A program made the position numbers and the translations under genes. The notes beneath the pieces were generated by a model. That model was not told the DNA's origin. It saw only the letters and a program-made list of their open reading frames with translations, and did not search any database. This document shows positions 44,241-56,700 of a stretch of DNA of 64,000 nucleotides, piece after piece (positions within the stretch are counted from its first letter, which is position 1; every line of letters starts with the position of its first letter). The DNA comes from Gordius albopunctatus (lineage: Eukaryota). Where the stretch lies: positions 7,316,001-7,380,000 of the forward strand of contig OZ193910.1 of NCBI GenBank assembly GCA_964276515.1, in the 5' to 3' direction.

Positions 44241-45094
44241 AATATAACGTTGTCTTTTCTCAAAATGATTGTTCTCGCAGCTTAAAACTTCTAATAAGGA
44301 GTCGATCGAGAATAATAGGATTCTCAAATGAGCTTACTTTTATATATTTTTTCAAGCTCTTTTACATAAAATAACAAAAAATATATTTTTTCAGGTTAAA
44401 ATAATTCACAATTTTTTCCTTTCAACCATATTCAACCGATGAAAGTTGTTATTTTCAGACGTGATTTCCATGATAAAAAGTCAAAATTTAGCAGAATTAG
44501 AAAACTATTACTTTGAAATCATCATCGCATAGAGCATGTTTAAATAATTAAGCACTCACGTTGCGATACAACTAATCGCAACAATATAACGTTGTCTTTT
44601 CTCAAAATGATTGTTCTCGCAGGTTAAAACTTCTTTCTGAAGTCAATCGAGGATAAAAGGTTTCTCAAATTGGCTTACTTTAATATATTTTTTCAAGCTC
44701 TTTTACATAAAATAACAAAAAAAATATTTTTTCAGGTTAAATAATTCACAATTTTTTCCTTTCAACCATATTCAACCGATGAAAGTTGTTATTTTCAGAC
44801 GTGATTTCCATGATAAAAAGTCAAAATTTATCATAATTAGAAAACTATTACTTTGAAATCATCATCGCATAGAGCATGTTTAAATAATTAAGCCCTCACG
44901 TTGCGATACAACAAATCAATCGCAACAATATAACGTTGTCTTTTCTAAAAATGATTGTTCTCGCAGCTTAAAACATCTTATAAGGAGTCGATCGAGATTA
45001 ATAGGATTCTCAAATCAGCTTACTTTTATATATTTTTTCAAGCCCTTTTACATAAAATAACAAAAAATTTATTTTTCAGGCTAAAATAATTCAC

Positions 45095-45294
45095 NNNNNN
45101 NNNNNNNNNNNNNNNNNNNNNNNNNNNNNNNNNNNNNNNNNNNNNNNNNNNNNNNNNNNNNNNNNNNNNNNNNNNNNNNNNNNNNNNNNNNNNNNNNNNN
45201 NNNNNNNNNNNNNNNNNNNNNNNNNNNNNNNNNNNNNNNNNNNNNNNNNNNNNNNNNNNNNNNNNNNNNNNNNNNNNNNNNNNNNNNNNNNNNN
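45095..45294. other. Assembly gap (exactly 200 N)
   Basis: Run of N from 45095 to 45294. The round length is typical of a fixed placeholder for a scaffold join of unknown size. Confidence 0.98.
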
Positions 45295-45999
45295 TTTCAA
45301 TATCGCTTTATAAGCGTGTCTCTAGTTTTAGTGAAACAAGCTCCATGCGATCGTGATTTAGAGTTAATAATTTTTGATGACTGATCAAAAAAAATGTTTT
45401 TCAAGGAATTAACATTTTTTACCGAAAACTTTCATGAGAGCTATATGGTTGAAGAAAAAATTGAAAAAATTTAGAGGTCGAAAAAAATATTATTTTTCAT
45501 ATTCTTTCGAAAGGGAGATGAAAAAATCTTTAAAAGTTAGTAAATATTCATAGCATTTTGTCCTTGTTAGAATCTTGATAGGAACTTTTGCGTGGGAGGA
45601 TGTTTTAGATTGAGAGAAATTAGAATTTTCGTGTTGTATTTAGATTGTTTCAATATCGCTTTATAAGCGTGTTTCTAGTTTTAGTGAAACAAGCTCTATG
45701 CGATCGTGATTCAGAGTTAATAATTTTTGATGACTGATCAAAAAAATGTTTTTAAAGGAATTCACCTCTTCTACCGAAAACTTTCATGAGAACTATATGG
45801 TTGAACAAAAAAATTGAAAAAATTTTGAGGTCGAAAAAAATATTATTTTTCATATTTTTTCGAAAGGGAGATGAAAAAATCTTTAAAAGTTAGTAAATAT
45901 TCTTAGCATTTTGTCCTTGTTAGAATCTTGATAGGAATTTATGCGTGGGAGGATGTTTTAGATTGAGAGAAATTAAAATTTAGGTGTTGCGTTTAGATT

Positions 46000-48900
46000 G
46001 TTTCAATATCGCTTTATAAGCGTGTCTCTAGTTTTAGTGAAACAGGCTCTATGCGATCGTGATTTAGAGTTAATAATTTTTGATGACTGATCAAAAAAAA
46101 TGTTTTTCAAGGAATTAACATTTTTTACCGAAAACTTTCATAAGAGCTATATGGTTGAACAAAAAAATTGAAAAAATTTTGAGGTCGAAAAAAATATTAT
46201 TTTTCATATTCATTCGAAAGCGAGATGAAAAAATCTTTAAAAGTTAGTAAATATTCTTAGCATTTTGTCCTTGTTAGAATCTTGATAGGAATTTATGCGT
46301 GGGAGGATGTTTTAGATTGAGAGAAATTAAAATTTAGGTGTTGCGTTTATATTGTTTCAATATCGCTTTATAAGCGTGTCTCTAGTTTTAGTGAAACAAG
46401 CTCTATGCGATCGTGATTTAGAGTTAATAATTTTTGATGACTGATCAAAAAAATGTTTTTAAAGGAATTCACCTCTTATACCGAAAACTTTCATGAGAGC
46501 TATATGGTTGAACAAAAAAAATTAAAACAATTTTGAGGTCGAAAAAAATATTATTTTTCATATTCTTTCGAAAGGGAGATGAAAAAAGAATTTTTGCGTG
46601 GGGGATGTTTGAGATTGAGAGAAATTAAAATTTTCGTGTTGCGTTTAGATTGTTTCAATATCGCTTTATAAGCGTGTTCTAAGTTTTAGTGAAACAGGCT
46701 CTATGCGATCGTGATTTATAGTTAATAATTTTTGATGACTGATCAAAAAAATATTTTTCAAGGAATTCACCTCTTATACCGAAAACTTTCATAAGAGCTA
46801 TATGGTTGAACAAAAAAATTGAAAAAATTTTGAGGTCGAAAAAAATATTATTTTTCATATTCTTTCGAAAGGGATGATGAAAAAACCTTTAAAAGTTAGT
46901 AAATACTCATAGAATTTTGTCCTTGTTAGAATCTTGATAGGAACTTTTGCGTGGGGTGATGTTTTAGATTGAGAGAAATTAAAATTTTCGTGTTGCGTTT
47001 AGATTGTTTCAATATCGCTTTATAAGCGTGTCTCTAGTTTTAGTGAAACAAGCTCCATGCGATCGTGATTTAGAGTTAATAATTTTTGATGACTGATCAA
47101 AAAAAATGTTTTTCAAGGAATTAACATTTTTTACCGAAAACTTTCATGAGAGCTATATGGTTGAAGAAAAAATTGAAAAAATTATGAGGTCGAAAAAAAT
47201 ATTATTTTTCATATTCTTTCGAAAGGGAGATGAAAAAACCTTTAAAAGATAGTAAATACTCATAGAATTTTGTCCTTGTTTGAATCTTGATAGGAAATTT
47301 TGCGTGGGGTGATGTTTTAGATTGAGAGAAATTAAAATTTTCGTGCTGCGTTTAGATTGTTTCAATATCGCTTTATAACTGTGTCTCTAGTTTTAGTGAA
47401 ACAAGCTCCATGCGATCGTGATTTAGAGTTAATAATTTTTGATGACTGATCAAAAAAAATGTTTTTAAAGGAATTAACATTTTTTACCGAAGAATTTCTT
47501 AGAGCTATATGGTTGAACAAAAAAATTGATAAAATTTTGAGGTCGAAAAAATATTATTTTTCATATTCTTTCGAAAGGGAGATGAAAAAATCTTTAAAAG
47601 TTAGTAAATATTCTTAGCATTTTGTCCTTGTTAGAATCTTGATAGGAATTTATGCGTGGGAGGATGTTTTAGATTGAGAGAAATTAAAATTTTCGTGTTG
47701 CATTTAGATTGTTTCAATATCGCTTTATAAGCGTGTTTCTAGTTTTAGTGAAACAAGCTCTATGCGATCGTGATTCAGAGTTAATAATTTTTGATGACTG
47801 ATCAAAAAAATGTTTTTAAAGGAATTCACCTCTTATACCGAAAACTTTCATGAGAGCTATATGGTTGAACAAAAAAATTGAAAAAATTTTGAGGTCGAAA
47901 AAAATATTATTTTTCATATTCTTTCGAAAGGGATGATGAAAAAACCTTTAAAAGATAGTAAATACTCATAGAATTTTGTCCTTGTTAGAATCTTGATAGG
48001 AACTTTTGCGTGGGGTGATGTTTTAGATTGAGAGAAATTAAAATTTTCGTGTTGCGTTTAGATTGTTTCAATATCGCTTTATAAGCGTGTCTCTAGTTTT
48101 AGTGAAACAAGCTCCATGCGATCGTGATTTACAGTTAATAATTTTTGATGACTGATCAAAAAAAATGTTTTTCAAGGAATTAACATTTTTTACCGAAAAC
48201 TTTCATGAGAGCTATATGGTTGAACAAAAAAATTGAAAAAATTTCGAGGTCGAAAAAAATATTATTTTTCATATTCTTTTGAAAGGGAGATGAAAAAATC
48301 TTTAAAAGATTTTAAATATTCTTAGCATTTTGTCCTTGTTAGAATCTTGATAGGAATTTATGCGTGGGAGGATGTTTTAGATTGAGAGAAATTAAAATTT
48401 AGGTGTTGCGTTTAGATTGTTTCAATGTCGCTTTATAAGCGTGTCTCTAGTTTTAGTGAAACAAGCTCCATGCGATCGTGATTTAGAGTTAATAATTTTT
48501 GATGACTGATCAAAAAAAATGTTTTTCAAGGAATTAACATTTTTTACCGAAAACTTTCATGAGAGCTATAGGGTTGAAGAAAAAATTGAAAAAATTATGA
48601 GGTCGAAAAAAATATTATTTTTCATATTCTTTCGAAAGGGAGATGAAAAAATCTTTAATAGTTAGTAAATACTCTTAGAATTTTGTCCTTGTTTGAATCT
48701 TGATAGGAATTTTTGCGTGGGGGGATGTTTTAGATTGAGAGAAATTAAAATTTAGGTGTTGCGTTTATATTGTTTCAATATCGCTTTATAAGCGTGTCTC
48801 TAGTTTTAGTGAAACAAGCTCCATGCGATCGTGATTTAGAGTTAATAATTTTTGATGACTGATCAAAAAAAATGTTTTTCAAGGAATTAACATTTTTTAC

Positions 48901-51900
48901 CGAAAACTTTCATGAGAGCTATAGGGTTGAAGAAAAAATTGAAAAAATTATGAGGTCGAAAAAAATATTATTTTTCATATTCTTTCGAAAGGGAGATGAA
49001 AAAATCTTTAATAGTTAGTAAATACTCTTAGAATTTTGTCCTTGTTTGAATCTTGATAGGAATTTTTGCGTGGGGGGATGTTTTAGATTGAGAGAAATTA
49101 AAATTTAGGTGTTGCGTTTATATTGTTTCAATATCGCTTTATAAGCGTGTCTCTAGTTTTAGTGAAACAAGCTCTATGCGATCGTGATTTAGAGTTAATA
49201 ATTTTTGATGACTGATCAAAAAAATGTTTTTAAAGGAATTCACCTCTTATACCGAAAACTTTCATGAGAGCTATATGGTTGAACAAAAAAAATTAAAACA
49301 ATTTTGAGGTCGAAAAAAATATTATTTTTCATATTCTTTCGAAAGGGAGATGAAAAAAGAATTTTATGTTTGAGATTGAGAGAAATTAAAATTTTCGTGT
49401 TGCGTTTAGATTGTTTCAATATCGCTTTATAAGCGTAGATTGAGAGAAATTAAAATTTTCGTGTTGCGTTTAGATTGTTTCAATATCGCTTTATAAGCGT
49501 GTCTCTAGTTTTAGTGAAACAGGCTCTATGCGATCGTGATTTAGAGTTAATAATTTTTGATGACTGATCAAAAAAAATGTTTTTCAAGGAATTAACATTT
49601 TTTACCGAAAACTTTCATGAGAGCTATATGGTTGAACAAAAAAATTGAAAAAATTTTGAGGTCGAAAAAAATATTATTTTTCATATTCATTCGAAAGCGA
49701 GATGAAAAAATCTTTAAAAGTTAGTAAATATTCTTAGCATTTTGTCCTTGTTAGAATCTTGATAGGAATTTATGCGTGGGAGGATGTTTTAGATTGAGAG
49801 AAATTAAAATTTAGGTGTTGCGTTTATATTGTTTCAATATCGCTTTATAAGCGTGTCTCTAGTTTTAGTGAAACAAGCTCTATGCGATCGTGATTTAGAG
49901 TTAATAATTTTTGATGACTGATCAAAAAAATGTTTTTAAAGGAATTCACCTCTTATACCGAAAACTTTCATGAGAGCTATATGGTTGAACAAAAAAAATT
50001 AAAACAATTTTGAGGTCGAAAAAAATATTATTTTTCATATTCTTTCGAAAGGGAGATGAAAAAAGAATTTTTGCGTGGGGGATGTTTGAGATTGAGAGAA
50101 ATTAAAATTTTCGTGTTGCGTTTAGATTGTTTCAATATCGCTTTATAAGCGTGTTCTAAGTTTTAGTGAAACAGGCTCTATGCGATCGTGATTTATAGTT
50201 AATAATTTTTGATGACTGATCAAAAAAATATTTTTCAAGGAATTCACCTCTTATACCGAAAACTTTCATAAGAGCTATATGGTTGAACAAAAAAATTGAA
50301 AAAATTTTGAGGTCGAAAAAAATATTATTTTTCATATTCTTTCGAAAGGGATGATGAAAAAACCTTTAAAAGTTAGTAAATACTCATAGAATTTTGTCCT
50401 TGTTAGAATCTTGATAGGAACTTTTGCGTGGGGTGATGTTTTAGATTGAGAGAAATTAAAATTTTCGTGTTGCGTTTAGATTGTTTCAATATCGCTTTAT
50501 AAGCGTGTCTCTAGTTTTAGTGAAACAAGCTCCATGCGATCGTGATTTAGAGTTAATAATTTTTGATGACTGATCAAAAAAAATGTTTTTCAAGGAATTA
50601 ACATTTTTTACCGAAAACTTTCATGAGAGCTATATGGTTGAAGAAAAAATTGAAAAAATTATGAGGTCGAAAAAAATATTATTTTTCATATTCTTTCGAA
50701 AGGGAGATGAAAAAACCTTTAAAAGATAGTAAATACTCATAGAATTTTGTCCTTGTTTGAATCTTGATAGGAAATTTTGCGTGGGGTGATGTTTTAGATT
50801 GAGAGAAATTAAAATTTTCGTGCTGCGTTTAGATTGTTTCAATATCGCTTTATAACTGTGTCTCTAGTTTTAGTGAAACAAGCTCCATGCGATCGTGATT
50901 TAGAGTTAATAATTTTTGATGACTGATCAAAAAAAATGTTTTTAAAGGAATTAACATTTTTTACCGAAGAATTTCTTAGAGCTATATGGTTGAACAAAAA
51001 AATTGATAAAATTTTGAGGTCGAAAAAATATTATTTTTCATATTCTTTCGAAAGGGAGATGAAAAAATCTTTAAAAGTTAGTAAATATTCTTAGCATTTT
51101 GTCCTTGTTAGAATCTTGATAGGAATTTATGCGTGGGAGGATGTTTTAGATTGAGAGAAATTAAAATTTTCGTGTTGCATTTAGATTGTTTCAATATCGC
51201 TTTATAAGCGTGTTTCTAGTTTTAGTGAAACAAGCTCTATGCGATCGTGATTCAGAGTTAATAATTTTTGATGACTGATCAAAAAAATGTTTTTAAAGGA
51301 ATTCACCTCTTATACCGAAAACTTTCATGAGAGCTATATGGTTGAACAAAAAAATTGAAAAAATTTTGAGGTCGAAAAAAATATTATTTTTCATATTCTT
51401 TCGAAAGGGATGATGAAAAAACCTTTAAAAGATAGTAAATACTCATAGAATTTTGTCCTTGTTAGAATCTTGATAGGAACTTTTGCGTGGGGTGATGTTT
51501 TAGATTGAGAGAAATTAAAATTTTCGTGTTGCGTTTAGATTGTTTCAATATCGCTTTATAAGCGTGTCTCTAGTTTTAGTGAAACAAGCTCCATGCGATC
51601 GTGATTTACAGTTAATAATTTTTGATGACTGATCAAAAAAAATGTTTTTCAAGGAATTAACATTTTTTACCGAAAACTTTCATGAGAGCTATATGGTTGA
51701 ACAAAAAAATTGAAAAAATTTCGAGGTCGAAAAAAATATTATTTTTCATATTCTTTTGAAAGGGAGATGAAAAAATCTTTAAAAGATTTTAAATATTCTT
51801 AGCATTTTGTCCTTGTTAGAATCTTGATAGGAATTTATGCGTGGGAGGATGTTTTAGATTGAGAGAAATTAAAATTTAGGTGTTGCGTTTAGATTGTTTC

Positions 51901-53630
51901 AATATCGCTTTATAAGCGTGTCTCTAGTTTTAGTGAAACAAGCTCCATGCGATCGTGATTTAGAGTTAATAATTTTTGATGACTGATCAAAAAAAATGTT
52001 TTTCAAGGAATTAACATTTTTTACCGAAAACTTTCATGAGAGCTATAGGGTTGAAGAAAAAATTGAAAAAATTATGAGGTCGAAAAAAATATTATTTTTC
52101 ATATTCTTTCGAAAGGGAGATGAAAAAATCTTTAATAGTTAGTAAATACTCTTAGAATTTTGTCCTTGTTTGAATCTTGATAGGAATTTTTGCGTGGGGG
52201 GATGTTTTAGATTGAGAGAAATTAAAATTTAGGTGTTGCGTTTATATTGTTTCAATATCGCTTTATAAGCGTGTCTCTAGTTTTAGTGAAACAAGCTCCA
52301 TGCGATCGTGATTTAGAGTTAATAATTTTTGATGACTGATCAAAAAAAATGTTTTTCAAGGAATTAACATTTTTTACCGAAAACTTTCATGAGAGCTATA
52401 GGGTTGAAGAAAAAATTGAAAAAATTATGAGGTCGAAAAAAATATTATTTTTCATATTCTTTCGAAAGGGAGATGAAAAAATCTTTAATAGTTAGTAAAT
52501 ACTCTTAGAATTTTGTCCTTGTTTGAATCTTGATAGGAATTTTTGCGTGGGGGGATGTTTTAGATTGAGAGAAATTAAAATTTAGGTGTTGCGTTTATAT
52601 TGTTTCAATATCGCTTTATAAGCGTGTCTCTAGTTTTAGTGAAACAAGCTCTATGCGATCGTGATTTAGAGTTAATAATTTTTGATGACTGATCAAAAAA
52701 ATGTTTTTAAAGGAATTCACCTCTTATACCGAAAACTTTCATGAGAGCTATATGGTTGAACAAAAAAAATTAAAACAATTTTGAGGTCGAAAAAAATATT
52801 ATTTTTCATATTCTTTCGAAAGGGAGATGAAAAAAGAATTTTATGTTTGAGATTGAGAGAAATTAAAATTTTCGTGTTGCGTTTAGATTGTTTCAATATC
52901 GCTTTATAAGCGTAGATTGAGAGAAATTAAAATTTTCGTGTTGCGTTTAGATTGTTTCAATATCGCTTTATAAGCGTGTCTCTAGTTTTAGTGAAACAGG
53001 CTCTATGCGATCGTGATTTAGAGTTAATAATTTTTGATGACTGATCAAAAAAAATGTTTTTCAAGGAATTAACATTTTTTACCGAAAACTTTCATGAGAG
53101 CTATATGGTTGAACAAAAAAATTGAAAAAATTTTGAGGTCGAAAAAAATATTATTTTTCATATTCATTCGAAAGCGAGATGAAAAAATCTTTAAAAGTTA
53201 GTAAATATTCTTAGCATTTTGTCCTTGTTAGAATCTTGATAGGAATTTATGCGTGGGAGGATGTTTTAGATTGAGAGAAATTAAAATTTAGGTGTTGCGT
53301 TTATATTGTTTCAATATCGCTTTATAAGCGTGTCTCTAGTTTTAGTGAAACAAGCTCTATGCGATCGTGATTTAGAGTTAATAATTTTTGATGACTGATC
53401 AAAAAAATGTTTTTAAAGGAATTCACCTCTTATACCGAAAACTTTCATGAGAGCTATATGGTTGAACAAAAAAAATTAAAACAATTTTGAGGTCGAAAAA
53501 AATATTATTTTTCATATTCTTTCGAAAGGGAGATGAAAAAAGAATTTTTGCGTGGGGGATGTTTGAGATTGAGAGAAATTAAAATTTTCGTGTTGCGTTT
53601 AGATTGTTTCAATATCGCTTTATAAGCGTG
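46000..53630 (-). repeat. Higher-order repeat in B, 3477 bp (10 monomer units)
   Basis: The 55-bp-deletion monomer is at 46581, 50058 and 53535. The 64-bp duplication is at 49373 and 52850. Identical chance ORFs lie at 47153 and 50630. All offsets are 3477. Confidence 0.9.
49373..49500. repeat. Perfect 64-bp tandem duplication within a B monomer (also at 52850, 55263, 56673, 59441)
   Basis: agattgagagaaattaaaattttcgtgttgcgtttagattgtttcaatatcgctttataagcgt occurs at 49373 and again at 49437. Confidence 0.95.
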
Positions 53631-53749
53631 TTTCTAGTTTTAGTGAAACAGGCTCTATGCGATCGTGATTTAGAGTTAATAATTTTTGATGACTGATCAA
53701 AAAAATATTTTTCAAGGAATTCACCTCTTATACCGAAAACTTTCATAAG

Positions 53750-56700
53750 AGCTATATGGTTGAAGAAAAAATTGAAAAAATTATGAGGTCGAAAAAAATA
53801 TTATTTTTCATATTCTTTCGAAAGGGAGATGAAAAAACCTTTAAAAGATAGTAAATACTCATAGAATTTTGTCCTTGTTTGAATCTTGATAGGAAATTTT
53901 GCGTGGGGTGATGTTTTAGATTGAGAGAAATTAAAATTTTCGTGCTGCGTTTAGATTGTTTCAATATCGCTTTATAACTGTGTCTCTAGTTTTAGTGAAA
54001 CAAGCTCCATGCGATCGTGATTTAGAGTTAATAATTTTTGATGACTGATCAAAAAAAATGTTTTTAAAGGAATTAACATTTTTTACCGAAGAATTTCTTA
54101 GAGCTATATGGTTGAACAAAAAAATTGATAAAATTTTGAGGTCGAAAAAATATTATTTTTCATATTCTTTCGAAAGGGAGATGAAAAAATCTTTAAAAGA
54201 TTTTAAATATTCTTAGCATTTTGTCCTTGTTAGAATCTTGATAGGAATTTATGCGTGGGAGGATGTTTTAGATTGAGAGAAATTAAAATTTAGGTGTTGC
54301 GTTTAGATGTTTCAATATCGCTTTATAAGCGTGTCTCTAGTTTTAGTGAAACAAGCTCCATGCGATCGTGATTTAGAGTTAATAATTTTTGATGACTGAT
54401 CAAAAAAAATGTTTTTCAAGGAATTAACATTTTTTACCGAAAACTTTCATGAGAGCTATAGGGTTGAAGAAAAAATTGAAAAAATTATGAGGTCGAAAAA
54501 AATATTATTTTTCATATTCTTTCGAAAGGGAGATGAAAAAATCTTTAATAGTTAGTAAATACTCTTAGAATTTTGTCCTTGTTTGAATCTTGATAGGAAT
54601 TTTTGCGTGGGGGGATGTTTTAGATTGAGAGAAATTAAAATTTAGGTGTTGCGTTTATATTGTTTCAATATCGCTTTATAAGCGTGTCTCTAGTTTTAGT
54701 GAAACAAGCTCCATGCGATCGTGATTTAGAGTTAATAATTTTTGATGACTGATCAAAAAAAATGTTTTTCAAGGAATTAACATTTTTTACCGAAAACTTT
54801 CATGAGAGCTATAGGGTTGAAGAAAAAATTGAAAAAATTATGAGGTCGAAAAAAATATTATTTTTCATATTCATTCGAAAGCGAGATGAAAAAATCTTTA
54901 AAAGTTAGTAAATATTCTTAGCATTTTGTCCTTGTTAGAATCTTGATAGGAATTTATGCGTGGGAGGATGTTTTAGATTGAGAGAAATTAAAATTTAGGT
55001 GTTGCGTTTATATTGTTTCAATATCGCTTTATAAGCGTGTCTCTAGTTTTAGTGAAACAAGCTCTATGCGATCGTGATTTAGAGTTAATAATTTTTGATG
55101 ACTGATCAAAAAAATGTTTTTAAAGGAATTCACCTCTTATACCGAAAACTTTCATGAGAGCTATATGGTTGAACAAAAAAAATTAAAACAATTTTGAGGT
55201 CGAAAAAAATATTATTTTTCATATTCTTTCGAAAGGGAGATGAAAAAAGAATTTTATGTTTGAGATTGAGAGAAATTAAAATTTTCGTGTTGCGTTTAGA
55301 TTGTTTCAATATCGCTTTATAAGCGTAGATTGAGAGAAATTAAAATTTTCGTGTTGCGTTTAGATTGTTTCAATATCGCTTTATAAGCGTGTCTCTAGTT
55401 TTAGTGAAACAGGCTCTATGCGATCGTGATTTAGAGTTAATAATTTTTGATGACTGATCAAAAAAAATGTTTTTCAAGGAATTAACATTTTTTACCGAAA
55501 ACTTTCATGAGAGCTATATGGTTGAACAAAAAAATTGAAAAAATTTCGAGGTCGAAAAAAATATTATTTTTCATATTCTTTTGAAAGGGAGATGAAAAAA
55601 TCTTTAAAAGATTTTAAATATTCTTAGCATTTTGTCCTTGTTAGAATCTTGATAGGAGGTTATGCGTGGGAGGATGTTTTAGATTGAGAGAAATTAAAAT
55701 TTAGGTGTTGCGTTTAGATTGTTTCAATATCGCTTTATAAGCGTGTCTCTAGTTTTAGTGAAACAAGCTCCATGCGATCGTGATTTAGAGTTAATAATTT
55801 TTGATGACTGATCAAAAAAAATGTTTTTAAAGGAATTAACATTTTTTACCGAAGAATTTCTTAGAGCTATATGGTTGAACAAAAAAATTGATAAAATTTT
55901 GAGGTCGAAAAAATATTATTTTTCATATTCTTTCGAAAGGGAGATGAAAAAATCTTTAAAAGATTTTAAATATTCTTAGCATTTTGTCCTTGTTAGAATC
56001 TTGATAGGAATTTATGCGTGGGAGGATGTTTTAGATTGAGAGAAATTAAAATTTAGGTGTTGCGTTTAGATGTTTCAATATCGCTTTATAAGCGTGTCTC
56101 TAGTTTTAGTGAAACAAGCTCCATGCGATCGTGATTTAGAGTTAATAATTTTTGATGACTGATCAAAAAAAATGTTTTTCAAGGAATTAACATTTTTTAC
56201 CGAAAACTTTCATGAGAGCTATAGGGTTGAAGAAAAAATTGAAAAAATTATGAGGTCGAAAAAAATATTATTTTTCATATTCTTTCGAAAGGGAGATGAA
56301 AAAATCTTTAATAGTTAGTAAATACTCTTAGAATTTTGTCCTTGTTTGAATCTTGATAGGAATTTTTGCGTGGGGGGATGTTTTAGATTGAGAGAAATTA
56401 AAATTTAGGTGTTGCGTTTATATTGTTTCAATATCGCTTTATAAGCGTGTCTCTAGTTTTAGTGAAACAAGCTCTATGCGATCGTGATTTAGAGTTAATA
56501 ATTTTTGATGACTGATCAAAAAAATGTTTTTAAAGGAATTCACCTCTTATACCGAAAACTTTCATGAGAGCTATATGGTTGAACAAAAAAAATTAAAACA
56601 ATTTTGAGGTCGAAAAAAATATTATTTTTCATATTCTTTCGAAAGGGAGATGAAAAAAGAATTTTATGTTTGAGATTGAGAGAAATTAAAATTTTCGTGT

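Larger units (their letters stand above)
1..45094 (+). repeat. Satellite DNA array A, ~342-bp monomer, ~131 tandem copies
   Basis: The motif aaatgattgttctcgcagc at 1 recurs at 343 and then every 341-346 bp up to the gap. Monomers differ only by a few SNPs, 1-bp homopolymer indels and a 4-bp insertion (acaactaatcgc vs acaacaaattaatcgc). Hand count of the first monomer: 56 C and 41 G in 342 bp. The array is cut off by the window start and by the gap. Confidence 0.98.

Noticed and set aside
45091..45300. 69-aa ORF MKXXX...
   Set aside because: It is an artefact of translating the 200-N gap.
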